Source: an uncultured Actinomycetes bacterium (GTDB lineage: Bacteria > Actinomycetota > Actinomycetes > S36-B12 > CAIYMF01). Taken from it: DNA of 64,000 bases. How positions within the stretch are numbered: the first letter of the stretch is position 1; each line of letters starts with the position of its first letter. Below, one piece after another: positions 1-9,349 of this stretch. The position numbers and the translations under genes were made by a program. The notes under the pieces are model-generated. The model saw only the letters and a list, made by a program, of their open reading frames with translations. It ran no database searches and was not told the DNA's origin. The stretch lies in assembly GCA_963778785.1 (NCBI GenBank), contig CAVZVV010000010.1, positions 20,564-84,563 of the forward strand. Direction: 5' to 3'.

Positions 1-417
1 GCCCGCGGCCTCGCCTACGCCGAGTTCGCGCTGGCCAACCCCGAGCACTACCGGATCGTGATGATGACGCCGCGGCCGTCGTCGGCGGACGACTTCGACT
101 TCGACAACGCGATGGCGAGCACCACGTTCGCGAACCTCGTCGCCGCCGTCGCGGCCTGCCAGGAGGTCGGCTTCTTCTCGCCCGATGCCCACGTCGAGCA
201 ACTCGCGATCGCGCTGTGGGCCGCGGCCCACGGGGCCGTCTCGCTCGTCATCGCCAAGCAGCACTTCACCGTCGCCGACGGGATGGCGCTGTGCGACTCG
301 GTCATCTCGTCGTCGGGTCTCGGGCTCGCCCTGATGTCCCACGTGCCTCCGGGCGAGGACAAGCCGCACGGGGCGGCCGTGATCGCGGCGATGCAGGCGG
401 CCGCGCGGACCACCTGA
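1..417 (+). CDS. TetR/AcrR-family regulator, C-terminal part (5' end outside window)
   Basis: Frame 1 is open from base 1 (ARGLAYAEFALANPEHYRIV..) and runs into ORF 58..417. The helical, Ala-rich sequence fits a TetR ligand-binding half. The HTH would lie upstream of the window. Confidence 0.55.
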   Translation, partial: ARGLAYAEFALANPEHYRIVMMTPRPSSADDFDFDNAMASTTFANLVAAVAACQEVGFFSPDAHVEQLAIALWAAAHGAVSLVIAKQHFTVADGMALCDSVISSSGLGLALMSHVPPGEDKPHGAAVIAAMQAAARTT

Positions 418-422
418 CCCGG

Positions 423-698
423 CTACGGGCGCGGAGGCTCGGGTCGCGCCGGGGCGGGAGCCGGCGGGGTGGCATCGGGCTCGGCGTCGTCGCCGCCGGG
501 CTGGCGGGGCTGCGGCACGCCGGCCAGCAGCGCCTCGACCTCGGTGGCTCGGTACCGACGATGCCCGCCCAGGGTGCGGATGCTCGTGAGCTTGCCCGCC
601 TTGGCCCACCGCGTGACGGTCTTGGGATCGACCCGGAACATGGCGGCCACCTCGGCCGGCGTCAACAGCCGGTCGTGGTCGGTCGGTCGTGCGGCCAT
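423..698 (-). CDS. bldC: BldC-like small MerR/excisionase-family DNA-binding protein with a Pro/Ala-rich C-terminal tail
   Basis: From Met38 of ORF 423..809: [60 protein letters not shown]. This matches the BldC HTH core as I recall it. The upstream 37 codons of the ORF look non-coding. Confidence 0.85.
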   Translation of the reverse strand: MAARPTDHDRLLTPAEVAAMFRVDPKTVTRWAKAGKLTSIRTLGGHRRYRATEVEALLAGVPQPRQPGGDDAEPDATPPAPAPARPEPPRP

Positions 699-844
699 CG
701 GGTCCCTCCCAGGGAAGCGGGGCAAGGCGCCGCTGCGCTCCACCTTGTCCGGTTTGGCCCGGTCGGAGTCTGCCACGTCGGCGCCCGCCGAGGCGCGACT
801 TGGCCACATTCGTCCCGCGGGTACCGGGCGTAGGGTCGGGGCCC

Positions 845-1939
845 GTGAACCACTCTGCCCCAGGCCCCTGGGCCGTCCCCGGACTCCCTCGTCACGAGCA
901 GGTGGTCGTCGCCACCGACGCGGGCTCCGGCCTGCGGGCGGTCGTCGCCCTGCACTCCACCGCCCTGGGCCCGGGGCTCGGCGGCACCCGGATGTATCCC
1001 TATCCGGACGATGCCGCGGCGCTGGCCGACGCGCTGCGGCTGAGCCGGGCGATGTCGTACAAGAACGCCTTGGCAGGTTTGCCGTACGGCGGCGGCAAGG
1101 GCGTCATCGTGGGTGATCAGGTCGCCAAGACCCGCGAGCTGCTGCTGGCGTACGGACGGCTCGTAGCGTCGCTGCAAGGTCGCTACGTCACGGCCTGCGA
1201 CGTAGGCACGTACGTCGAGGACATGGACGTCGTGGCCGAGGTGTGCCCCTACACGACGGGACGCTCGACGGCCCACGGCGGGGCGGGCGACTCGGGGATC
1301 CTCACGGCGGTCGGCGTCTTCGCGGGCATGCGGGCGTGCGCGGAGCAGGTCTGGGGCCACCCCACGCTCGAGGGCCGCACGGTGGGCATCAGCGGGGCGG
1401 GGAAAGTGGGCCGCCGGCTGGCGCGGCACCTGGCCGACGACGGCGCTCGCGTCGTCGTCGCCGACGTCTCCGACGAGGCACTGGACCGGCTGCGGGACGA
1501 GGTACCGGAAGCCCGGATCATCGCGCCCGGGGCGCTGCTCGGCGAACCCCTCGACGTGTGGAGCCCGTGCGCCATGGGCGCGGCGATCACCGCGGAGATC
1601 GCCTCGACGCTCGGGGCGGCGGTGGTCTGCGGAGGGGCGAACAACCAGCTGGCCGACCCGGAGCTGGCCGACGTGCTCGCGGCCCGCGGCGTGCTCTACG
1701 CGCCCGACTTCCTGGTGAACTGCGGCGGTGTCATCCAGGTGGCCGACGAGCGTGCGGGCTTCGACGAGCACCGCGCAGGCGCCAAGGTCGAACAGGTGTT
1801 CGCCACCACCGCCGAGGTGCTCGAGCGCGCCGCCAGGGAGGGCGTGACCCCCGAGGCGGCGGCGGAGTCCATCGCCGAGGCCCGCATCGCCGCCGGGTAC
1901 GCCGACCCGGCCTGGACGCCGTTCGCACCTCTCGGGTAG
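845..1939 (+). CDS. Glu/Leu/Phe/Val dehydrogenase family (valine/leucine dehydrogenase-like)
   Basis: ORF 689..1939. [37 protein letters not shown] and [11 protein letters not shown] (catalytic Lys region), plus a GISGAGKVG Rossmann motif. GTG at 845 gives a typical N-terminus; the start is not certain. Confidence 0.85.
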   Translation: MNHSAPGPWAVPGLPRHEQVVVATDAGSGLRAVVALHSTALGPGLGGTRMYPYPDDAAALADALRLSRAMSYKNALAGLPYGGGKGVIVGDQVAKTRELLLAYGRLVASLQGRYVTACDVGTYVEDMDVVAEVCPYTTGRSTAHGGAGDSGILTAVGVFAGMRACAEQVWGHPTLEGRTVGISGAGKVGRRLARHLADDGARVVVADVSDEALDRLRDEVPEARIIAPGALLGEPLDVWSPCAMGAAITAEIASTLGAAVVCGGANNQLADPELADVLAARGVLYAPDFLVNCGGVIQVADERAGFDEHRAGAKVEQVFATTAEVLERAAREGVTPEAAAESIAEARIAAGYADPAWTPFAPLG

Positions 1940-1962
1940 GTGGTCCCGGCAAGGCCTCGGTC

Positions 1963-1988
1963 GGGGCCGCCGCTTCGGCGGCGGCCCC
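1963..1988 (+). terminator. GC-rich hairpin downstream of the dehydrogenase gene
   Basis: ggggccgccg / cggcggcccc form a perfect 10-bp stem with a 6-nt loop, 24 nt after the stop codon. Confidence 0.55.
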
Positions 1989-2129
1989 ACAGTCAGGTGT
2001 TCTCACGGATCCGCTCCGGCGCGGTCGCGAGCAGGCTGGCGGTGGGAAGTGGAACCGGCGGCCGGCCAAGCGAAGGGGCCAGACCGTCGCTCCTGACCAC
2101 GGGGGGCCGCCAGGCCCAGGAGGTGCACG

Positions 2130-3149
2130 ATGCGAAGGACCCTGATTCCGATCGTGGGGCTCGCCGTCGTGGCGATGCTCGGGACGGGTGCGCCCGCCGC
2201 GACCGCGACGGTCGATCCAGCCACGTTCTCGCACGCCCGGGTAGTGACGACCTTCGACGCGGGTCCCGCCGGGGCCTTCGCCGAGAGCCTCGCGCCGGAC
2301 GGTCGCGGCGGACTCGTCGCGAGCGTCACGCAGTGGGGGCCGCTGATCTCCGGTGACCCCGCCGACCCGTCCGCCGTCTGGGGCTCCAACATCGGCCAGC
2401 TCTGGCGGGTCAAGCCCGACGGCACCCGCACGACGTTTGGCCCCGCCATCGACCTGTCGCCGTCGGCGATGCTCCTCGGCGTCACGACCGACACGCGGGG
2501 CAACGCCTACGTGGTCGTCTACCGGTTCCTCGGCGCGCCTCCGACGACGATGCCCTCGGGGATCCTGCGGGTCTCGAGGTCCGGGCACCTCTCGCGGCTC
2601 GTCACGCTGCCCGACGGGACCGGTCCGAACGGCGTGGCCATCTACCGCGGCCACCTGTTCATCGCCGATTCGTTCGGCGCCATCTGGCGTGCGCCCCTCG
2701 ACCGTGCCTCGACTCTGACGAAGCCCTGGCTCACCTCGCCGCTGCTGCTGCCGGTGGACGACCCCAACCTGCCGCCGATCGGCGCCAACGGCATCGCCTT
2801 CCGTGACGGCGCCGCGTTCGTCACCTCGTGGGCGAAGGGTCTCGTGCTGAGGATCCCCGTGCGCCACAACGGCACGGCGGGCACCCTGCGGGTCTTCGCC
2901 GAGGGCGACGCCCTCGTGGAGGCCGACGGCATCTCGTTCGACGCGCACGGCACGGCATGGATCGCCGTGAACAAGGGCGACGGCAGCCTGGTGACCGTGA
3001 GTCGCACGGGTCGGGTCAGCCCCGTCGCGGTGCCCGCTGGGTCGCTCGACTACCCCACCGCGGTGGTCCTCGGCTCCGGGGGCACCCTCTTCGTGGCCAA
3101 CGGGGGGTACTTCAGCGGCACCCCGGGCCTCGTGGCGCTGCATCGGTAG
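2130..3149 (+). CDS. Secreted beta-propeller protein (SMP-30/gluconolactonase/LRE-like or strictosidine-synthase-like)
   Basis: N-terminal signal peptide (MRRTLIPIVGLAVVAMLGTGAPAATA). Repeated blade-like motifs (PNGVAIYRGHLFIADS, ANGIAFRDGAAFVTS, ADGISFDAHGTAWIAV). AGGAGG lies 7 nt upstream of the ATG. Confidence 0.7.
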   Translation: MRRTLIPIVGLAVVAMLGTGAPAATATVDPATFSHARVVTTFDAGPAGAFAESLAPDGRGGLVASVTQWGPLISGDPADPSAVWGSNIGQLWRVKPDGTRTTFGPAIDLSPSAMLLGVTTDTRGNAYVVVYRFLGAPPTTMPSGILRVSRSGHLSRLVTLPDGTGPNGVAIYRGHLFIADSFGAIWRAPLDRASTLTKPWLTSPLLLPVDDPNLPPIGANGIAFRDGAAFVTSWAKGLVLRIPVRHNGTAGTLRVFAEGDALVEADGISFDAHGTAWIAVNKGDGSLVTVSRTGRVSPVAVPAGSLDYPTAVVLGSGGTLFVANGGYFSGTPGLVALHR

Positions 3150-3186
3150 GGCGCATCGGACGGCGCCCTCCGGGGACCGTGCGCTC

Positions 3187-3221
3187 GGACGGGGACGGCA
3201 ACAGGGGAGCCGTCCCCGTCC
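3187..3221 (+). terminator. Hairpin downstream of the beta-propeller gene
   Basis: ggacggggacgg / ccgtccccgtcc form a 12-bp perfect stem with an 11-nt loop. Confidence 0.55.
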
Positions 3222-3379
3222 GCTCAGGGTGGTGCGGGCCACGCCGCCCCCGCGGCCGCGCGTGGCCCCCCGCCTGAGTTATCCTGGCCACCACGTCATC
3301 GCGACCCCGCCGCTGCGGCGGGGCCACAGCCACGTCGGTACCAGCCGGGGACCGTTCCCCCGGGTGAGGGGGTCGAGCC

Positions 3380-3586
3380 ATGGGGCGCGGCCGGGCCAAG
3401 GCCAAGCAGACGAAGGTCGCGCGCGAGCTGAAGTACGGCGGACCCGACACCGACCTGAGCCGCCTGCAGGCGGAGCTGGCGGGGTCCACCCCGAAGCCCG
3501 CGAGCGCGGCACCCGTCGTCGCCGAGGACGAGGACGACGACTACGAAGACCTCTACTCGAAGTACCTCGACGAGGACGACGAGTAG
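3380..3586 (+). CDS. DUF3073-family small acidic protein
   Basis: MGRGRAKAKQTKVARELKYGGPDTDLSRLQAEL.. followed by an acidic tail (EDEDDDYEDLYSKYLDEDDE). This is the characteristic conserved actinobacterial small protein, often found near purM. Confidence 0.85.
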   Translation: MGRGRAKAKQTKVARELKYGGPDTDLSRLQAELAGSTPKPASAAPVVAEDEDDDYEDLYSKYLDEDDE

Positions 3587-3603
3587 CGGTCGACCTGATC
3601 CGC

Positions 3604-3638
3604 ACGAGAGGGGCACCCCCAAGGGGCGCCCCTCTCGT
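3604..3638. terminator. Bidirectional hairpin between the convergent DUF3073 gene and purM
   Basis: acgagaggggc / gcccctctcgt form an 11-bp perfect stem with a 13-nt loop. Confidence 0.6.
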
Positions 3639-3685
3639 CGTCCGGCGCGCGATCGGCCCGGCTGTCGGTACGGGGCCGTGTGCGG

Positions 3686-4834
3686 TCAGGCCGGGGCGTA
3701 GTCGCCCACGAGCGTGACGGCCCCACCCGCGCCGCCCTTGGCCTCCGCGTCGCCGGACTCCCCAGGTTGCCGCCCACGGACGCTGCCGCAGACCCAGGCG
3801 TCGACGCCACGGGCGCCGAGCCGCGCGAGCGCCGCGGCTGCCGAGCCGGCCGCGACGACGGCGATCATCCCGATCCCCATGTTGAACGTGCGCTCGAGTT
3901 CGGCCCGCTCGACCCGCCCCAGCTCTGCCACGAGCGAGCACACGGCTGGAGGGCTCCAGGAGCTTCGGTCGAGGTCGACGGCGGCAGAGGCGGGCAGCAC
4001 CCGAGCCAGGTTGGCGGCGATGCCGCCGCCGGTCACGTGGCTCATCGAGTGCACGTCGACGTCGTCGGCCCGGGCCAGGTCGAGCACGTCGAGCGCGTAG
4101 ATGCGCGTGGGCTCGAGCAGCTCCTCGCCGAGGGTGCGCCCGAGGGCGTCGACGTGCAGGTCGAGCCCGAGGCCAGCCTGGGTGAGCAGGACGTGGCGGG
4201 CCAGCGAGTACCCGTTGGAGTGCAGCCCGCTGGAGCGCATCGCGATGACGGTGTCGCCGACGCCCACCCGGTGCGCGCCGAGCAGGTCGTCCGCCTCGAC
4301 CACGCCGGTGCCGGCGCCGGCCACGTCGTACTCGTCCGGAGCCAGCAGGCCGGGGTGCTCGGCTGTCTCGCCACCGACGAGGGCGCAGCCGGACTGGCGG
4401 CAGCCCTCGGCGATGCCCGACACGATGGCCGCGATGCGCGCCGGGACCACCTTGCCGGTAGCGATGTAGTCGGTCATGAACAGCGGTTCGGCGCCGCAGA
4501 CGACGAGGTCGTCGACCACCATCGCCACGAGGTCGATGCCGATGGTGTGGTGCACGTTCATCCGCTGCGCGACGGCGACCTTCGTCCCCACGCCGTCGGT
4601 GGACGTGGCCAGCAGCGGACGCCGGTAGCCGCGCAGGGCCGAGGCGTCGAAGAGCCCCGCGAAGCCGCCGAAGCCGCCCACTACCTCGGCGCGCCACGTG
4701 TGGGCGATGGAGTCCTTCATCAGCGCCACCGCCCGTTCGCCCGCGTCGACGTCGACGCCGGCGGCAGCGTACGACGCACCCGGTCCGGCCGCTCCTGGGA
4801 GCACGGCGCCGGCGGGCTCGACGACGTCGCTCAC
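3686..4834 (-). CDS. purM: Phosphoribosylformylglycinamidine cyclo-ligase (AIR synthetase)
   Basis: Intact 382-aa ORF with PurM-typical sequence (..SYAAAGVDVDAGERAV.., GGFGGLFD-like, LHSNGYSLARHVL). The GTG start overlaps the purF stop (GTGA). Confidence 0.95.
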   Translation of the reverse strand: MSDVVEPAGAVLPGAAGPGASYAAAGVDVDAGERAVALMKDSIAHTWRAEVVGGFGGFAGLFDASALRGYRRPLLATSTDGVGTKVAVAQRMNVHHTIGIDLVAMVVDDLVVCGAEPLFMTDYIATGKVVPARIAAIVSGIAEGCRQSGCALVGGETAEHPGLLAPDEYDVAGAGTGVVEADDLLGAHRVGVGDTVIAMRSSGLHSNGYSLARHVLLTQAGLGLDLHVDALGRTLGEELLEPTRIYALDVLDLARADDVDVHSMSHVTGGGIAANLARVLPASAAVDLDRSSWSPPAVCSLVAELGRVERAELERTFNMGIGMIAVVAAGSAAAALARLGARGVDAWVCGSVRGRQPGESGDAEAKGGAGGAVTLVGDYAPA

Positions 4835-6396
4835 GGGCGGCTCAGTGCGTCTGCGGCGCCGCCGCCGCCCAGGAGCGTGTCGATGCCCTCGGGGTCGCCG
4901 GCGACCCGCTTCTCGATGCCCTCGAGCAGGTGCTTGCCGAGCAGCTCGGGCTCGGGCAGGTCGACCGGGTACACGCCGTCGAAGCAGGCTCGGCAGAGCT
5001 GGTCGGCCGGCTGCTCGGTGGCTTCGATGAGCTCCTCGAGCGACACGTAGGCGAGCGAGTCAGCCCCGATCGACCGGCAGATCTCGTCGGTGCTCAGGCC
5101 GCTGGCGATCAGCTCTGCGCGGGTGGCGAAGTCGATGCCGTAGAAGCACGGCCAGGTGACCGGCGGGCTGGCGATGCGCACGTGGACCTCGGCGGCACCG
5201 GCCTCGCGCAGCATGCGGATCAGCGCCCGCTGGGTGTTGCCCCGCACGATCGAGTCGTCGACGACGACGAGTCGCTTGCCCGCGATCACCTCGCGAAGGG
5301 GGTTGAGCTTGAGCCGGATGCCGAGCTGCCGGATCGTCTGCGAGGGCTGGATGAACGTGCGGCCGACGTAGGCGTTCTTGACGAGGCCCTCGCCGAACGG
5401 GATGCCCGCCTCTTGCGCGTACCCGATGGCCGCGTACCGGCCCGACTCCGGTACCGGGATCACGAGGTCGGCCTCGACCGGAGTGTCGTGCGCGAGCCGC
5501 CTGCCGATGTCGACCCTGGCGGCCTGCACCGACCGCCCCGCGATCGAGGTATCGGGGCGGGCGAGGTAGACGTACTCGAAGATGCAACCCTTGGGAGCCT
5601 TCTCGGCGAACCGCTGCGAGCGCAGACCGTGCTCGTCGACGGCGATGAGCTCGCCGGGCTCGATCTCGCGGACATAGGAGGCGCCGACGATGTCGAGCGC
5701 CGCGGTCTCGCTCGCCACGACCCAGCCCCGCTCGAGCCGGCCGAGCACGAGGGGGCGGATGCCCTGCGGATCGCGTGCAGCGTAGAGCGTGGTGTCGTCC
5801 ATGAACACGAGGCTGAAGGCCCCGCGAAGGCGCGGCAGCTCCTCCATCGCGGCGGCCTCGACGCTCAGGTCGGGGTGGGCCGCGAGCAGGGCCGTGAGCA
5901 GGTCAGTGTCGGACGTCGCGACGACGTTCGTCCGGGACGACATCGTGCCCAGCGGCAGCTCGCCGTTGAGCTCGGACTGCTCGGCCACGCGGCGGGCGAG
6001 CTCGTGCGTGTTCGTGAGGTTGCCGTTGTGGCCCAACGCGAGGTGGCCGGTGGCCGTGGCCCGGAAGGTGGGCTGGGCGTTCTCCCACACGCTCGAGCCG
6101 GTGGTGGAGTAGCGGCAGTGCCCGACGCTCAGGTGGCCGGCCAGCGACTCCAGCGCGGCCTCGGTGAACACCTGCGAGACGAGGCCCATGTCCTTGTACA
6201 CGAGGATGTGGTTGCCGTCGCTGACCGCGATCCCGGCGGACTCCTGGCCCCGGTGCTGCAAGGCGTAGAGGCCGAAGTAGGTGAGCTTGGCGACCTCCTC
6301 GCCGGGCGCCCACACCCCGAAGACGCCGCAGGCGTCCTGCGGCCCCTTCTCGTCCGGCATGAGGTCGTGCGAGAGCCTGCCATCGCCACGCTGCAC
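4831..6396 (-). CDS. purF: Amidophosphoribosyltransferase
   Basis: Intact ORF. Ntn Cys after a short propeptide (..QDACGVFGVWAPGEE..), YALQHRGQESAGIA, and a PRTase motif (VVVDDSIVRGNT). The exact start is uncertain (6396 or the Met at 6360). Confidence 0.95.
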   Translation of the reverse strand: MQRGDGRLSHDLMPDEKGPQDACGVFGVWAPGEEVAKLTYFGLYALQHRGQESAGIAVSDGNHILVYKDMGLVSQVFTEAALESLAGHLSVGHCRYSTTGSSVWENAQPTFRATATGHLALGHNGNLTNTHELARRVAEQSELNGELPLGTMSSRTNVVATSDTDLLTALLAAHPDLSVEAAAMEELPRLRGAFSLVFMDDTTLYAARDPQGIRPLVLGRLERGWVVASETAALDIVGASYVREIEPGELIAVDEHGLRSQRFAEKAPKGCIFEYVYLARPDTSIAGRSVQAARVDIGRRLAHDTPVEADLVIPVPESGRYAAIGYAQEAGIPFGEGLVKNAYVGRTFIQPSQTIRQLGIRLKLNPLREVIAGKRLVVVDDSIVRGNTQRALIRMLREAGAAEVHVRIASPPVTWPCFYGIDFATRAELIASGLSTDEICRSIGADSLAYVSLEELIEATEQPADQLCRACFDGVYPVDLPEPELLGKHLLEGIEKRVAGDPEGIDTLLGGGGAADALSRP

Positions 6397-6426
6397 CGGG
6401 TCAGTCTACGGGGCGGGGGGCAGGCC

Positions 6427-7758
6427 CTAGGTCACGCGGTCTCGCGCGTCGGGCAGGGCTTCATGCTCCCGGGCGGTCACGAGGTCGCGCAGCCGGGTCA
6501 TCCCCTCGTGCACGTCGGCGAAGGAGGTGGCCAGCGGCACGGGGGCGAGCCGGAGCAGGTCGGGGGGCCGCACGTCGCCGACGACGCCACGGGCAGTGAG
6601 GGCGCGCCCGATCCGGTAGGCGTCAGGATGGGCGAGCACGACGTGGCCGCCGCGGGCTGACGGGTCCCGCGGGGAGGCCAGCACGAAGCCGAGGGGCGAG
6701 AGCCAGGCGTCGGTCAGCTCGACGAGGTACTCGGTGAGGGCCATCGAGGCCGCGCGCAGGACAGCGATGCCGACCTCGGCGAGCTGCGCGACCCCCTCGT
6801 CCACGGCGGCCAGGCCGAGCACCGACGGCGATCCGGTGAGGAACCGGGCCGCTCCGTGGGCCGGCCGGTACGGCTGGTCCATCGCGAACAGGTCTTCGGT
6901 GCCCCACCACCCGGGCACGGGGTTCGTCAGAGCATCGGCGTGCCGCGCCGCCACGTACAGGAAGCCCGGCGCCCCCGGCCCGGCGTTGAGGTACTTGTAC
7001 GTACACCCGACGGCAAGGTCTGCCCCGCTGCGGTCGAGGTCGACCGGGACCGACCCCGCCGCATGGGCCAGCTGCCACAGGACGAGGGCGCCGGCGTCGT
7101 GCGCCGCCGCGGTGACGGCCGCCAGATCGAGCAGGGCGGCCGACCGGTAGTCGACGTGCTGCAGGGAGACGAGCGCGACGTCGCCGGGCGCGAGCGCCGC
7201 GGCGAGGGCCTCGGGCTGCACGCCCCGCACGGGGTCGGGCACGACCCAGCGCACCGCTCCGCCGTGCGCCCTGGCCACCGACTCGAGGACGAATCGGTCG
7301 GACGGGAAGTTGCCCGCGTCGGTGACGACCACGCGCCGCGCGGGCTCGTCGGCGATGACGTGCGCGAGGGCGGCCCCGGCCAGCTTGTGCAGGTTGACGC
7401 TGATGGAGTCGCAGACCACGACCTGCCCGGGCGCCGCGCCCAGCAGCGCCGTACCCAGCCGGTCGCCGACGGCCGTGGGCAGGTCGACCCAGTGCTGCCA
7501 GCCGCGGACGAGCTCGCCGCCCCACTCGTCCTCGACGACCCTGCGCAGCCGCGCCGCCGTCGTCGTCGGCAGCATGCCGAGCGAGTTGCCGTCGAGGTAG
7601 ACGAGGTGTGGGTCGTGGCGGACCGACGAGCCGCGCAGCCGCCCGAGCGGATTCGCAGCGTCGCGCGCCGCCGGATCGAGGTGGCGCGTGGCCGGGTCGG
7701 GCTCGCGCGCCGCCGGGTCGGGCTCGCGCGCCGCCGGGTCGGGCTCGCGCAGCGTCAC
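6427..7758 (-). CDS. kynU: Kynureninase with an N-terminal heptad-repeat extension
   Basis: Intact 443-aa ORF. VYLDGNSLG, the PLP-lysine region (CTYKYLNAGPGAPGF) and WWG motifs are typical of kynureninase. Only a GTG start at 7758 is available upstream of the conserved core. Confidence 0.85.
   Translation of the reverse strand: MTLREPDPAAREPDPAAREPDPATRHLDPAARDAANPLGRLRGSSVRHDPHLVYLDGNSLGMLPTTTAARLRRVVEDEWGGELVRGWQHWVDLPTAVGDRLGTALLGAAPGQVVVCDSISVNLHKLAGAALAHVIADEPARRVVVTDAGNFPSDRFVLESVARAHGGAVRWVVPDPVRGVQPEALAAALAPGDVALVSLQHVDYRSAALLDLAAVTAAAHDAGALVLWQLAHAAGSVPVDLDRSGADLAVGCTYKYLNAGPGAPGFLYVAARHADALTNPVPGWWGTEDLFAMDQPYRPAHGAARFLTGSPSVLGLAAVDEGVAQLAEVGIAVLRAASMALTEYLVELTDAWLSPLGFVLASPRDPSARGGHVVLAHPDAYRIGRALTARGVVGDVRPPDLLRLAPVPLATSFADVHEGMTRLRDLVTAREHEALPDARDRVT
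7670..7752. repeat. 21-bp tandem repeat (3 good copies plus 1 diverged) inside the kynU 5' end
   Basis: ccgggtcgggctcgcgcgccg occurs at 7692, 7713 and 7734. It encodes REPDPAA x3. Confidence 0.9.
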
Positions 7759-7834
7759 CCGGCCATCCCACCAGAGCCGCTCCGCCGCCGCACCCGAACG
7801 GGTGTCAACGGGACCTCAGCCGAGCCGCCCTCCC

Positions 7835-7935
7835 GCTCGTGCCGCCCTCCGACTCGTCCCGCCCCTCCCCGCTCGTCCCGCCGCGCCCGGCTCGTCCGCC
7901 CCGACTCGTCCCCCTCCCCGCCCGTCACCCTCTCC
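7835..7935. repeat. Degenerate C-rich tandem repeat (13-20 bp units, G(A/C)CTCGTCCCGCC-like); G-rich on the kynU sense strand
   Basis: Five to six consecutive units were read by eye (gctcgtgccgccctcc, gactcgtcccgcccctcccc, gctcgtcccgccgcgcccg, gctcgtccgcccc, gactcgtccccctccccgcc). Confidence 0.7.
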
Positions 7936-7977
7936 CGTTTCATCCGGCAACCGGTTCGCACAGGCACTTAGGGCCCC

Positions 7978-8170
7978 CTCAAACGGGCTAACTGCCCACA
8001 CCATCCGGTAGCCGGATCAAACGGGAGCTGACAGCCGGCGCTCGGGGCCCCTCAAACGGGCTAACTGCCCACACCATCCGGTAGCCGGATCAAACGGGAG
8101 CTGACAGCCGGCGCTCGGGGCCCGCGCGGTGGGCTAACTGCCCACACCATCCGGTAGCCGGATCAAACGG
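7978..8170. repeat. 73-bp tandem repeat, about 2.6 copies (member of the ATCCGG-N3-CCGGAT / GGGCAGTTA repeat family)
   Basis: 7978-8050 and 8051-8123 are identical (73/73). A third partial copy at 8124-8170 differs only at its first 9 nt. Confidence 0.95.
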
Positions 8171-8235
8171 TCGAAAGGGATGGACGCGACGGCGGCGGGG
8201 GCGTGGTCGGTGCGACGACACGACCCGGACGGGGG

Positions 8236-9264
8236 TTACCAGCGGTTGTGGACCTCCTCGGCCCAACCGTGCAGGGCCGCGACGGGCATCTGCTCGCCGT
8301 CGTCCAGCACGACGGTGCCGGTCCAGTGGCCGAAGCACTGGTGGGTGCGGTTGCCCAGGACGCCGAGCTCGGTGCGGTCGACTCGGTCGTGGTACGGCTC
8401 GAGGACGAGGTCGACCCGGCCCGTGCGCAGTGCGGTGACGTGCCACGGCGCGAGCCAGTCGGACGAGTCGTACGCCCAGCGCAGCTCTTCGCCGACCTTA
8501 TGCAGCCGGCCGTCAACCACGATCGCGTTCTCGGTGGAGCCCGTACCGTCGGTCCACTGCCCGCCGACCTGGATGCCCACGACGCGGCCGTCTGGCAGCC
8601 GCCCCGATCCGGCGCCCCAGTTCCACGTCATCCGGTACGGCCACAGGCCACGGCCGTGGTCGAGCACCGCCCACGACTCATCCTCGGCCAGCTCGTGCCG
8701 GCGCCCGTCCACCACGACGTGGCCGGAGGCCGGCAGGGCCACGTCCTTCACCGTGTACTGGAAGCGCGAATCGCTCCACGGCACGACGACGCCGACGGAC
8801 TCGTGCCCGGTCGGGCGCGAGGCGCGCACGTCCACCTCCACCCGATCGGTGCGCGCCCGAAGCCGCACGCCCGCGTCGTCCGGCTCGAGGTCGATCGTGA
8901 GGGCCCCCGTCACGACGCGAACGGGTCCCCCGCCGCTCGTGTCCGGGAACACCACCCCGCGCGCGAGGGGGACGAGGGCGCTGGCGACCGTCTCGGTCCC
9001 GGGCTGCTCGAGCACGTAGACCGCGTGGACCCCGGCGTAGTCGAGGCTGCTTGCGGTGATCCCCACCGCCACGTCGGGCGACACGATTCCCCAGTATTCC
9101 CAGCGCTTCTGCCGTCCCCAACGGCCGAGACCACCGGTGAGGTTCGCGCGGTGCAGAGGGGCCCGGCTCCACCCGACGGCAGCACGGTTGAGTCGTCCGT
9201 CCGGAAGGCACAGGTCGACCGGCGCGGTGATCTCGCGCTCGTGGGTGAGGGTGGGAGGCGTCAC
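8236..9264 (-). CDS. DUF2804-like conserved hypothetical protein
   Basis: Intact 342-aa ORF with coding-like composition. The family call is from memory of DUF2804 proteins (about 340 aa, WEYWG motif). Confidence 0.6.
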   Translation of the reverse strand: MTPPTLTHEREITAPVDLCLPDGRLNRAAVGWSRAPLHRANLTGGLGRWGRQKRWEYWGIVSPDVAVGITASSLDYAGVHAVYVLEQPGTETVASALVPLARGVVFPDTSGGGPVRVVTGALTIDLEPDDAGVRLRARTDRVEVDVRASRPTGHESVGVVVPWSDSRFQYTVKDVALPASGHVVVDGRRHELAEDESWAVLDHGRGLWPYRMTWNWGAGSGRLPDGRVVGIQVGGQWTDGTGSTENAIVVDGRLHKVGEELRWAYDSSDWLAPWHVTALRTGRVDLVLEPYHDRVDRTELGVLGNRTHQCFGHWTGTVVLDDGEQMPVAALHGWAEEVHNRW

Positions 9265-9349
9265 GCCCCCATCTCACCACGTGGCAGCCGGTGCCGAAGG
9301 GCGCGGGCGCCGGGTCATCTGCAGCCGGTACCGAAGTGCGCGCGCCGGG

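Noticed and set aside
662-1990. Long 'shadow' ORFs overlapping real genes, here 442 aa antisense to the dehydrogenase gene. Similar cases are 3279..4697(-), 4930..6660(+), 20415..21803(-), 24449..26485(+), 50075..51592(-) and 57785..59275(+).
   Set aside because: They are Arg/Pro/Gly/Ala-rich low-complexity translations with no recognisable motifs. Each lies opposite to or out of frame with a gene that has clear family signatures. This is the expected artefact of stop-codon-poor high-GC DNA.
7978-8170. Possible CRISPR array or tRNA-like repeats.
   Set aside because: These are identical 73-bp tandem units with no unique spacers and no cloverleaf-compatible structure.
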